DNA of 37,033 bases. Source: a virus. The notes under the pieces are model-generated. The model had not been told where the DNA came from and did not search any database. It was given only the letters and a program-made list of their open reading frames with translations. The position numbers and the translations under genes are program-made. The stretch covers positions 1 to 37,033 of IMG/VR virus record IMGVR_UViG_3300045988_059541. One strand, written 5' to 3'. Numbering within the stretch: the first letter of the stretch is position 1; each line of letters starts with the position of its first letter. Positions 18,129 to 26,175 of this stretch are shown here, one piece after another.

Positions 18129-19403
18129 TTAAAATCTCCTCTTTCCTGCTCTTGCCTTCTTCATAAGGATTTCATTTTCTATAGCATATCTAACCGCATC
18201 TATAGTGTGGTTGTTTCTGTCGGGGAAGTCCCCTCTAAGGTTGCCGTCTCTATCCATTTCAATTTCATAGTCATTGAATTCACGTGCAGCATTGGGGCAT
18301 CTAACAGGATCTATAATTATCTTATCTAGGTCCTGAAGGAACTTTATTCCATTGTCTACACTGTCAGCGCCTTTCTTTGCACCGATGATATTGAGACCTA
18401 ATAACTTGAATTCATTAATAGTTCTTGGTTCGGCCGAATCAGCAGTGACTAGCTTATTGAGTGGGTTAATCTCTTTTATGAGTTTCACGGCCTTGGCATT
18501 TGATAGTCTAGTTCCATATACTTCACCAAAAATAAAAAGACGCCTGCGCGTCTTGTCATAGTTTGCTTTGACATATGCTAATGGGTCACCAGCATAACCA
18601 AAGTCCAATCCGTTTTTTAATCTATCGAATACCTGTATTTCCTCGTCGGTTATCTCACGTATATCAAGGTTTGTGAAAACCTCACTACCTGTACCGGTTA
18701 CCTCTCCCAAATAGTCATGCTTATACTTATCAGGCTTTGTCTCCTTCATGTGGTTGGCTTCAATTAGAAACTGCTCCCCAAGCCACTGAGGTGGTGCCTG
18801 TAAGTAAGTTGTGTGAGAGACATATGTATCATCCCTTTTTACTAGAACTTGCCTATTGCACCAATTACGTTGTGATTCAGGAGGGTTGAAAGAATAAAAG
18901 ACACAATACTCATGTCCACCACGTAAAAGAGACTGATTGATATTGGTTATCTTGTCATAGGTCTCAAATTCGTCACATTCTTCATACCATACGTATTTAA
19001 CATAGCCGACAAACACCTTGATAGATTTCAACTTCTTAGGATTGTCAGCACCTTTGAATATTATCTGTTGTCCTGTCGGTCTGTATGTCATCTGTAACTT
19101 AGATTCAGGTATGTCCCAATCTTCTTCAGCCTTCAGCATGAATATGCCCCACTTAATCTGTTCATAGACTGAACCCCTTAAAGTGTCCTTTACACGTCTG
19201 ATAACAACGGCATTACTCATTACACCACGCTTCGCATCTCTCATAATCCCTAAAGGAATCTCTGTGCCAATGAAAGAAGATTTTAAAGAACCACGTCCAC
19301 CTTTAAGCCAGTAGTGTGTATATGCATTAGTCTTAACATATTTATGAAGATCATAGAACGCTGGGCCTATAATGTCAGAAAGCTTTGCTTTATTCGATGT
19401 CAT
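18129..19403 (-). CDS. terL: Terminase large subunit (PBSX/Terminase_3-like)
   Basis: Walker A-like motif LKGGRGSLKSS, 424 aa, overlapping the TerS stop. Confidence 0.9.
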   Translation of the reverse strand: MTSNKAKLSDIIGPAFYDLHKYVKTNAYTHYWLKGGRGSLKSSFIGTEIPLGIMRDAKRGVMSNAVVIRRVKDTLRGSVYEQIKWGIFMLKAEEDWDIPESKLQMTYRPTGQQIIFKGADNPKKLKSIKVFVGYVKYVWYEECDEFETYDKITNINQSLLRGGHEYCVFYSFNPPESQRNWCNRQVLVKRDDTYVSHTTYLQAPPQWLGEQFLIEANHMKETKPDKYKHDYLGEVTGTGSEVFTNLDIREITDEEIQVFDRLKNGLDFGYAGDPLAYVKANYDKTRRRLFIFGEVYGTRLSNAKAVKLIKEINPLNKLVTADSAEPRTINEFKLLGLNIIGAKKGADSVDNGIKFLQDLDKIIIDPVRCPNAAREFNDYEIEMDRDGNLRGDFPDRNNHTIDAVRYAIENEILMKKARAGKRRF

Positions 19404-19764
19404 CTATAATTACTATCTGTCCATTTGACTTGATATCAAGACTGCTGCCAGGCTTATTGCCACTCAAGTCTCTAATGAATTCCGCTGCCTTAGTGTCGCC
19501 TTTCATCGCCTTTTGAACCTGTTTAATGAGTATTGCATCCTGTACAGTCACATTCTTGCCATTCAATGCAGCAAAGTTCTTTATTGTGTCCACATCGGCT
19601 ATCTTACCGGATTTAAGAGACATGGAAAGAAGCGATGCAAGATTATCTTTCATTGCCTTCTTTTCTCTTCTTGCCTTGACAGATGCAAGTCCGCCTTTTC
19701 GGCCGTTCTCTCTTCTTTCTTCTGGTGTCATGTTTGCGAACTCACTTTTTGCCATTATCATCAC
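19390..19764 (-). CDS. terS: Terminase small subunit
   Basis: ~120 aa with a basic N-terminus (RRENGRKGGLASVKARREKK), directly upstream of and overlapping TerL. The real start is probably the third ATG (19755), after GGGGTGA. Confidence 0.6.
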   Translation of the reverse strand: MMIMAKSEFANMTPEERRENGRKGGLASVKARREKKAMKDNLASLLSMSLKSGKIADVDTIKNFAALNGKNVTVQDAILIKQVQKAMKGDTKAAEFIRDLSGNKPGSSLDIKSNGQIVIIDDIE

Positions 19765-19780
19765 CCCTTTATAAACACTA

Positions 19781-19813
19781 AAAAAAGAGCTAAGCGATTA
19801 TGTTTAGCTCTTT
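19781..19813 (-). terminator. Intrinsic terminator (minus orientation, weaker in plus)
   Basis: AAAGAGCTAA (19784-93) pairs perfectly with TTAGCTCTTT (19804-13) across a 10-nt loop. On the minus strand the stem runs into a 7-U tract. Confidence 0.6.
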
Positions 19814-19819
19814 TAAAAA

Positions 19820-20062
19820 CTAGAAATCAATTTCTTTTGCATCATCAAGTGTAATACCACACTGGTTCATATATCTCCAATAGTTCAACGCTTTGCCATC
19901 ACTTTTTCTGATAACGATAGGAATTCTTCCAGCATAAATATTATCTCGATCATTGAAAATATAACCACCTTCTGTTTCAAACGCTTCATTGATATTGGCG
20001 CCGAATTCTCCTAATGCCTCCAATGCAATTTCTTTTGCCTTTTCATAAGTAACCATCTTCAT
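19820..20062 (-). CDS. 80-aa protein, candidate immunity partner (YrhB/Imm35-like pattern)
   Basis: It starts ~10 nt after the toxin-like gene. The pattern VTYEKAKEIALEAL...EGGYIF...GRIPIVIRKSDGK recalls small alpha+beta immunity proteins (resemblance from memory only). Confidence 0.35.
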   Translation of the reverse strand: MKMVTYEKAKEIALEALGEFGANINEAFETEGGYIFNDRDNIYAGRIPIVIRKSDGKALNYWRYMNQCGITLDDAKEIDF

Positions 20063-20072
20063 TCTCCTTTAG

Positions 20073-20723
20073 TTATTTTAGTAATTTAACGCTTTCACGC
20101 GCTCGGTCAGAAATTCTCAAATTATCGGTACGAGTTAGATAGATATGTCCAGTTTCTCTTTTACTAAGCATTCCGAAAATATTCTTACTAGTATACTTAG
20201 TCCCTGTCTGTGCATCGACATACCTAATTTTTCCGTTTACGTTCTCACAGTTGAATACATGACCAGGAATCTGAATAATTCCTCGTGCGCCCTTTCCCCA
20301 GCTATGCATCTGTTTTTCAACTTTATTTTGTGCTGCCTTTTGAGTTGACGCGCCAACCTTAATAGGTTGAGCGTGTCTAAATGCTTTTTGCCATATACCT
20401 CTACCCTTAAGGGTACCATACGGTAATCTATCTCCTTTATAAGTAGGAAGAGCAGTTACATTATAACCTCGTCTTCTCAACTCATAAGCGATAACACAAC
20501 GCTGACAGTTTTCAGAGAATTCGGAATACTCATAGCTATGGTTAGGATTAACATTCTTCAATGCATTATCAATGCTATAAGGTTTTCCTTTCTTTCCGAT
20601 TGATTTTTTTAGTTCTCCAATACTTGGGATTCTATCGCCAATTCCAAAAGGTGAGAATTTTTCCTTTCCTTCTCCGCCTTTTGGTCTTTTATCACTGTCC
20701 CAACTAGAACCTCTACCACCCAT
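20073..20723 (-). CDS. Papain-fold toxin-like protein (Tox-PL1 / glutamine-deamidase-like Cys-His-Asp)
   Basis: 216 aa with a good RBS and a Gly-rich disordered N-terminus (MGGRGSSWDSDKRPKGGEGK). Motifs are NPNHSYEYSEFSENC73QRCVIAYELRRRGYNV, then PGH155VFNCENVNGKIRYVD170AQTG. Confidence 0.5.
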   Translation of the reverse strand: MGGRGSSWDSDKRPKGGEGKEKFSPFGIGDRIPSIGELKKSIGKKGKPYSIDNALKNVNPNHSYEYSEFSENCQRCVIAYELRRRGYNVTALPTYKGDRLPYGTLKGRGIWQKAFRHAQPIKVGASTQKAAQNKVEKQMHSWGKGARGIIQIPGHVFNCENVNGKIRYVDAQTGTKYTSKNIFGMLSKRETGHIYLTRTDNLRISDRARESVKLLK

Positions 20724-20751
20724 ATATATTATGCTCCTTTCGATATACGAT

Positions 20752-21801
20752 TTATATATTTTTTAAGTTTTTCATTTTTTCTGTCACATGATTGTCATAG
20801 TATTTCACATTAGCGCCCTTGAAGTCATAGCCAATGTCACCACCATAGACAAGCACATTCTTAGGCTTCAGCCTCTTCATGGCTTCATCCATGCCCTGTG
20901 TCCATATCTTTGTGGCTTCCTTGCTGCGCTTAACTCCAATAGTAGAAACTGAAATTGTACTGTTAGAAGGAATACCATCAAAACAAAAAGTAAATGTTTC
21001 TGGTTCAGCCCATGATACAGTAGGAATCACTCTAAGCCCTCTATCCTGATAGATCTGACCAATTAAACGGCTTCTGTATACATTCCATATTTTCATGGCC
21101 ATAGGCATATCCATGTAAAGAGAAAAGTCAGGAGTAAGAATACAGTCAAACTGCGCAAGCTTATCAACATACATCTGAGGAGATGCCCAAATTCTTTCAA
21201 ATTGATAGTCATCAATATAAAAATGAACACCTGATTCATATCTATTAGAATTCAATACATAATTGAAACCAACAAGATCATCCGGAACATAGTCAATTCT
21301 TTCAAGTGTAGGCATCTGATAGAATCCTATTGCTCTAAGTTCATCATATTCATCAAGGTTATATGCATTTCCTGTTCTTTCTCTCTCGTTTGACTTTTCG
21401 GAATCGTCTTCTTCAGGTTCTTCAAATTCAATTGACTCAAACCCAAATGAATCCATGTCTATATTGATAATGTCATCAAGTTCACCGCTTAGGATTTCAA
21501 AATCCCATTCAGCTTTCTCTGATACCTTGTTATCTGCTAGTCTAAATGCCTTAATCTGCTCGTCTGAGAGGTCATCGGCTACTATGCATGGAACTGTCTC
21601 AAGTCCTAGCTTTAGCGCTGCTTTAAACCTAGTATGACCGCATACGATGATATTATTCCTATCAACAACTATAGGAACTTTAAAACCAAACTCCTTGATG
21701 CTGTTCATCACCATTGGAACGGCTTCATCATTCCTTCTAGGATTGCGACTATAAGGAATTAGATCAGCAATAGGCTTCTGCGTTATCTTGATGTCATTCA
21801 T
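20752..21801 (-). CDS. ParB-like N-terminal (nuclease/CTPase-fold) domain fused to a DUF4417-like domain
   Basis: The N-terminal IADLIPYSRNPRRNDEAVPMVMNSIKEFGFKVPIVVD...CGHTRFKAA matches the ParB/Srx pattern. The C-terminal half (FYIDDYQFERIW...) resembles DUF4417. Confidence 0.7.
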   Translation of the reverse strand: MNDIKITQKPIADLIPYSRNPRRNDEAVPMVMNSIKEFGFKVPIVVDRNNIIVCGHTRFKAALKLGLETVPCIVADDLSDEQIKAFRLADNKVSEKAEWDFEILSGELDDIINIDMDSFGFESIEFEEPEEDDSEKSNERERTGNAYNLDEYDELRAIGFYQMPTLERIDYVPDDLVGFNYVLNSNRYESGVHFYIDDYQFERIWASPQMYVDKLAQFDCILTPDFSLYMDMPMAMKIWNVYRSRLIGQIYQDRGLRVIPTVSWAEPETFTFCFDGIPSNSTISVSTIGVKRSKEATKIWTQGMDEAMKRLKPKNVLVYGGDIGYDFKGANVKYYDNHVTEKMKNLKNI

Positions 21802-21823
21802 CTGTTATTCTCCTTCATGTAAC

Positions 21824-21848
21824 AAAAAAAGAGGCTGTATGTGCCTCT
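21824..21848 (-). terminator. Intrinsic terminator (minus orientation) in the leader of the ParB-like gene
   Basis: The minus strand reads AGAGGC-acataca-GCCTCT followed by TTTTTTT, ~20 nt before the ParB RBS. Confidence 0.55.
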
Positions 21849-21926
21849 ATCGCTCTGTATGGACTATCATGTATTTACATAATACCATACTATTGTTAGT
21901 ATAAATCATTAACAATTAGGACTTTT

Positions 21927-22292
21927 TCACATAATAACTGATAATTCTTTAACTGCATCGAGTATATACGTTCTTACTGTTGCTGGAGAATAGTCCATAA
22001 TTTCAGCAATATCATATACACTCAAACACTCTATATATCGATAAAACAGTATGTTTCTATATGTCATACTGCTCAATCTTTCGATAGAATCCTTTATTTC
22101 TTGCATCTGAGACAAGTATTCATCTTTCATGATGATGTAATCATTTTGAGTTTTAGGCTCGCCATAAGAACATCTTTGAGCATCGTCATATCTGATTGAT
22201 TTAACATTAATCATTTTATTGTTGATATACTCTACCCTGTTAGCCATGCTTTTATATGATTTTAGAAATGTTCTTGTCTCGTCAATTGTCAT
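21927..22292 (-). CDS. Late-gene transcriptional activator, sigma-70 region-4-like (RinA/ArpU/DUF1492 class)
   Basis: 121 aa. The C-terminal helix-turn-helix (HTH) LSVYDIAEIMDYSPATVRTYILDAVKEL is sigma-region-4-like. It sits at the early/late boundary upstream of the packaging genes. Confidence 0.55.
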   Translation of the reverse strand: MTIDETRTFLKSYKSMANRVEYINNKMINVKSIRYDDAQRCSYGEPKTQNDYIIMKDEYLSQMQEIKDSIERLSSMTYRNILFYRYIECLSVYDIAEIMDYSPATVRTYILDAVKELSVIM

Positions 22293-22374
22293 AAAGAATC
22301 CTCCTGATTACTCAAAAATAAAAAATAAATAAATCACTATCACCAATACAAATAGAATAAAAAACAATTTAATT

Positions 22375-22836
22375 TCACTCCTCCTTATCTTTTAAAGTAT
22401 ATACATAATATTTTCTTGGGGCAGTGCTAGGATGCCTTGCGTTGTATTTATCGCTGTGCTGATTGCTTGCCTTGCAGTAAAAACTAGCTAATCCAATGGA
22501 TAGCCTATTAGCGCATTCTTCAGCAGTGCCTGCAATAATTACATTGTCATTCATGTCATAGACAACATAGAACTGCCTATCTTCATAGTTTGCTCTTTTC
22601 TTTTCTTTCTTGTGTACTTTTCTATGAGCATATATATTTGCCATATATTCCTCATTATCGTATGCACTCCCTATTTTAATAGGTATTTCATTTGAAAATA
22701 CACTTTCATGCTTATATATACGTTGCCATCTATGTTTTAGAGCTAATTGAGTAGCATCAACATACTGACTTATCTTTTCTATTGATCCAGTTATATCGGT
22801 TCTTTTTCCGTTACGATATAAAACAAAGTTTCCCAT
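22375..22836 (-). CDS. Hypothetical protein, possibly two NUMOD1/HTH-like repeats
   Basis: 153 aa with a strong RBS (AAAGGAGGT). It has two similar segments (GSIEKISQYVDATQLALKHR and GTAEECANRLSIGLASFYCK). Confidence 0.4.
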   Translation of the reverse strand: MGNFVLYRNGKRTDITGSIEKISQYVDATQLALKHRWQRIYKHESVFSNEIPIKIGSAYDNEEYMANIYAHRKVHKKEKKRANYEDRQFYVVYDMNDNVIIAGTAEECANRLSIGLASFYCKASNQHSDKYNARHPSTAPRKYYVYTLKDKEE

Positions 22837-23180
22837 TTAACCTCCTTTCTGGAAGAGAGAAAGAAGTCCTTTACTCTGTCTTTTGATTTTCAATTAATTC
22901 TTTCTATCTTCCCAGCAACACCATAGCTTTAGTTGGATAGTAGCAAAATTAGCGCTTCATACTCTTATTCTTTGCAAAAGAAGGTGAATGAGATTGAAGC
23001 AAAGCCATGACACTGCTGTTGTTTGTTGGTTTTAGAATAGAAAAATATGTTGGGGCATCAAGTCCATGAGAGGAACTTGCTTTTAGAAACAAATCTATTA
23101 AGAGTAATCCATATAGATTTTCTTATTTTAAATTTTCTTATGAGTTAAATATAAAGAACTCAATGCCCTGTGTAGTTATC

Positions 23181-23522
23181 TTAAGTCTCCTTTATAGTTG
23201 TCTTAAACTTATATTCAAATAACTTCTTCTTGATGTTATAGACAGGAGTTCTGAGACCTTTGACGTCCTCTATGACCTTTTCATCATCTTTGTAATAGAC
23301 GAAGTCGGCCACGTATGTGATTGGTCTTCTTTTCCTCTTCTTTCCATCAATTACAATTTCAAATGACGGTATAAGTTCAAACTGAACCTGAAGAGACAGG
23401 TCTCTAATGCTTCCCATCTCTTCAAGTTTCTTGAGTTCTGTATATCTCTTTGCTTCTTTTCGACTGTCAAAGACAATGCCGTCAACAACTGCCTTCTTAG
23501 CCTTGTATTTATTCCTGATCAT
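23181..23522 (-). CDS. DUF1064 protein (putative PD-(D/E)XK Holliday-junction resolvase-like)
   Basis: NKYKAKKAVVDGIVFDSRKEAKRYTELK...YVADFVY...IEDVKG matches the DUF1064 pattern. Its start overlaps the SSB stop (TAATG). Confidence 0.65.
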   Translation of the reverse strand: MIRNKYKAKKAVVDGIVFDSRKEAKRYTELKKLEEMGSIRDLSLQVQFELIPSFEIVIDGKKRKRRPITYVADFVYYKDDEKVIEDVKGLRTPVYNIKKKLFEYKFKTTIKET

Positions 23523-23965
23523 TAGAATTGAATGTCATCCTCTTCCATAATCAATCCTTCATCCTCAAACTGATGAATCAGTCCATTATTCGCATAGTTA
23601 TTAACAGGTGCTTGATTATTTACTTGTGCTTGTGATGCTGTCTGATTTTCTTTTCTAGTGTTAATGAACTGTACAGAGTCAGCAATTACCTCAGTAACAT
23701 ATACTTTCTGACCTTGATTGTTCTCATAGTTTCTTGTCTGAATGCGACCATCAACCGAAACAAGTGAGCCTTTAGAACAGTAGCGCTCTGTGTTTTCTGC
23801 AATCTTTCCCCAGCATACGCAGTTGATAAAGTCAGCTTCCTGATCATCACTCTTGAAGTTTCTTTCTACTGCTAGATTGAAAGAAGTAACAGCCTTCCCA
23901 CTCCCTGTTCTTCTTAGTTCAGGGTCTCTTGTAAGTCTTCCGACTAATAAAGCACGATTAAGCAT
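23522..23965 (-). CDS. ssb: Single-stranded DNA-binding protein
   Basis: [33 protein letters not shown] is an OB-fold N-terminus. A Q/N-rich linker follows, then an acidic tip (EEDDIQF). Confidence 0.9.
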   Translation of the reverse strand: MLNRALLVGRLTRDPELRRTGSGKAVTSFNLAVERNFKSDDQEADFINCVCWGKIAENTERYCSKGSLVSVDGRIQTRNYENNQGQKVYVTEVIADSVQFINTRKENQTASQAQVNNQAPVNNYANNGLIHQFEDEGLIMEEDDIQF

Positions 23966-23993
23966 TAATAGTGTTCCTCCTTGTCTTTTCTTG

Positions 23994-24158
23994 TCATAAG
24001 TTATTATTCTCCTTATCTTCTTCTATGCCATTCACAACGACCGACACAATAACGAAAACTGCAATTGCAATCACAGATACCACAATAAGAACGCCAACAA
24101 TCAGCATAACGATAGCAAACACAGAAAATACATTTTCTAATACCTGCAATAAAAACAT
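23994..24158 (-). CDS. Unlisted 54-aa single-pass membrane protein
   Basis: Hand translation gives [54 protein letters not shown]. An RBS (AGGAGTGA) lies 7 nt upstream. It is below the 60-aa cutoff of the ORF track. Confidence 0.5.
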   Translation of the reverse strand: MFLLQVLENVFSVFAIVMLIVGVLIVVSVIAIAVFVIVSVVVNGIEEDKENNNL

Positions 24159-24169
24159 CTATATCACTC

Positions 24170-24502
24170 CTATCTGATAAACAAGTAAATCATTAGCACT
24201 AGTGTAGCAACATAAGCTGCTACTAGGATAAAGAAATCCCTGTTAGCTGCTTTATTGCTTTTGACAAGCTTATTATTCAGCTTCTGAAGATCATCCATTT
24301 TCCCACAGTCTTCTCTGTAGAAGTCCAATACAGTTTGGTTTGCTTTTTGATAACTTTTGCACTTATCTTCTAAATCTTCATATTCAACCTTTAAATCTTC
24401 ATATTCTTCTTTTAGAAAAGAATATTCTTCTTCTAGCTTCTTATATTCAGCTTCCTTTTCTTCTACAATTTCCTGTACTTTTTCGGCACTAAAATTCACC
24501 AT
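24170..24502 (-). CDS. Tail-anchored coiled-coil membrane protein (hypothetical)
   Basis: 110 aa with an E/K-rich heptad-like N-terminus and a C-terminal TM segment (FFILVAAYVATLVLMIYLFI). Confidence 0.45.
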   Translation of the reverse strand: MVNFSAEKVQEIVEEKEAEYKKLEEEYSFLKEEYEDLKVEYEDLEDKCKSYQKANQTVLDFYREDCGKMDDLQKLNNKLVKSNKAANRDFFILVAAYVATLVLMIYLFIR

Positions 24503-24851
24503 TGCACCTAGCCTCCGCTTCTGATTCGTATATATAATCCTGAGTTCTTATCATAGATCTTTCTACTTTTCTTTCTATGATTTTAGCAATTTCATGGACA
24601 TCTAGATATCCCATCACAAATAACTCACAGATGCATATCAATACATCCGCAACCTCTTCATTTAAATGTGAAGAATTGTCTAAATTAGGCCCGTAACGTT
24701 TGATTTTTGATATCGCTTGTATCATTTCAGCATTTTCTTCCATTGCGACAGTAAGCATGGGCTGATTGCCCCATGTATCACATACTTTTTTAAGTTTAGG
24801 ACGATTAGATACAAGACAACCAATCAACTCATTTAATTCTTGCGTGTTCAT
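24489..24851 (-). CDS. MazG-like all-alpha nucleotide pyrophosphohydrolase
   Basis: Motifs MEENAEMIQAISK and LNEEVADVLICICEL match the paired EExxE / EExxD motifs of the MazG family. Confidence 0.5.
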   Translation of the reverse strand: MNTQELNELIGCLVSNRPKLKKVCDTWGNQPMLTVAMEENAEMIQAISKIKRYGPNLDNSSHLNEEVADVLICICELFVMGYLDVHEIAKIIERKVERSMIRTQDYIYESEAEARCNGEF

Positions 24852-25163
24852 TTACTTTTCTCCTTTCACTTCTAAGTCTTCAATGTAATCATCATTTTTA
24901 TGTGCAGTTAAATATTTTAATAATTCTGTATCTGAAGTATTAGGACTGTAATATAGATCATCAGGATAAAAGAACTTAGTAAACTGCGTATACCATCCAC
25001 TTTTTTTAAAATATTTATTAAAACCCATCAATTGAATTTTTCTGACATATAGTTTAGGTGTTAATTTTAAAGTCAGCATTTTAATATCAGCTGTTAAATA
25101 CTCAACTTCCCAATTCTTCTCATTTCTTAAGAATGAGGTTCTTTCTTCTTTATTCTTCAGCAT
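24852..25163 (-). CDS. Hypothetical protein
   Basis: 103 aa, tightly packed in the operon, with an RBS (AGAGGAAG). Confidence 0.4.
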   Translation of the reverse strand: MLKNKEERTSFLRNEKNWEVEYLTADIKMLTLKLTPKLYVRKIQLMGFNKYFKKSGWYTQFTKFFYPDDLYYSPNTSDTELLKYLTAHKNDDYIEDLEVKGEK

Positions 25164-25422
25164 TCTTTTCTTCCTCTTTTTCTTTTTTTAACTTTGCCCA
25201 GTCGTAAGAGAGTCTTTCATGGGCTTCATAAAGTTTTTCATATCTATCATAAAGTTCGTCATATTCCTGCTGCGACTTTTCTTTTTCTAATCGCATTTGC
25301 TCAATATAGATTTTAGTTGCGTTTTCAACGATACAATTTTGCAAGCCTTCATAATTAAAACCTTTTGGAAATCTGTTATATGCAGTCACTGCAACCATGT
25401 CAAAAATTTCTTTATAAGTCAT
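25150..25422 (-). CDS. Hypothetical coiled-coil protein
   Basis: The ATG at 25422 (MTYKEIF...) is preceded by GAGGTGG. The track start at 25437 is a GTG extension. Confidence 0.4.
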   Translation of the reverse strand: MTYKEIFDMVAVTAYNRFPKGFNYEGLQNCIVENATKIYIEQMRLEKEKSQQEYDELYDRYEKLYEAHERLSYDWAKLKKEKEEEKNAEE

Positions 25423-25699
25423 CTTCAACCACCTCACAATTCTTGAGCACGTCTTCGATTGATGTAGGTTCTTTGCACTCAGACAGGAGCCACTTTGTTC
25501 TATGGTATCCGCAGCTGTGTGTCAAATCTTCATCGTCAAACAAACAATTGTCACAATCTGAATATTGATCTCCTGAACATGGTTCAAATTTATTACTGTA
25601 TTTATTCATAAAAAAACCATCAGCATTTCTTAAAGAAATCTCAGTTTTACTATTCATAGCTTCTAGTATTTCCTTCTTATACTTTTCTGCATTAATCAT
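25412..25699 (-). CDS. Hypothetical Cys-rich protein (paralog-like to the upstream gene)
   Basis: The likely start is MINAEKYKKEIL at 25699, after GGAGGTG. It has a Cys cluster (C..DQYSDCDNC...SC). Confidence 0.4.
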   Translation of the reverse strand: MINAEKYKKEILEAMNSKTEISLRNADGFFMNKYSNKFEPCSGDQYSDCDNCLFDDEDLTHSCGYHRTKWLLSECKEPTSIEDVLKNCEVVEDDL

Positions 25700-26174
25700 C
25701 GTTAAACACCTCCGCCGTTTTAAGTAATTCTCCAATGCTAAATAATTCGTCTTCTCTTAGGAATTCAAATAACTTCTCACAAAGAGGAACACAATTGAGT
25801 GGTTCATCAAATCCGCCCTCAGGAGAGTGCCAAGTACCATCCTTATCGATTGGCTTCAATGTGAAGAACGTGATTGTGAAATCATCATCACGTGATACCC
25901 ATTCATACCCTTCAGATAGCATATATTCAAGTAAGCCGTATTCCAGAGCATTCATTTTTATCTTGTGCTTTGTATACAACCATCTAACAATATTGATTTT
26001 TGAACACACGAATTTAGCTCTTTTATCTATCAATCCCTTTTTATCAGGACAAAATTCACATTTACTGCATGAGCCTTCTTCCTTACAGCAGAATAATTCA
26101 CCGTTTGATTTATCTACCGCAAAATTGAAACCTCTAGATTTAATTTCGTTTGCATAAAATTCAAAATTTGTCAT
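25692..26174 (-). CDS. Hypothetical Cys-rich protein
   Basis: 160 aa. The N-terminal FEFYANEIK and CCKEEGSCSKCEFC cluster resemble the next gene. Confidence 0.4.
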   Translation of the reverse strand: MTNFEFYANEIKSRGFNFAVDKSNGELFCCKEEGSCSKCEFCPDKKGLIDKRAKFVCSKINIVRWLYTKHKIKMNALEYGLLEYMLSEGYEWVSRDDDFTITFFTLKPIDKDGTWHSPEGGFDEPLNCVPLCEKLFEFLREDELFSIGELLKTAEVFNDD

Positions 26175-26175
26175 G

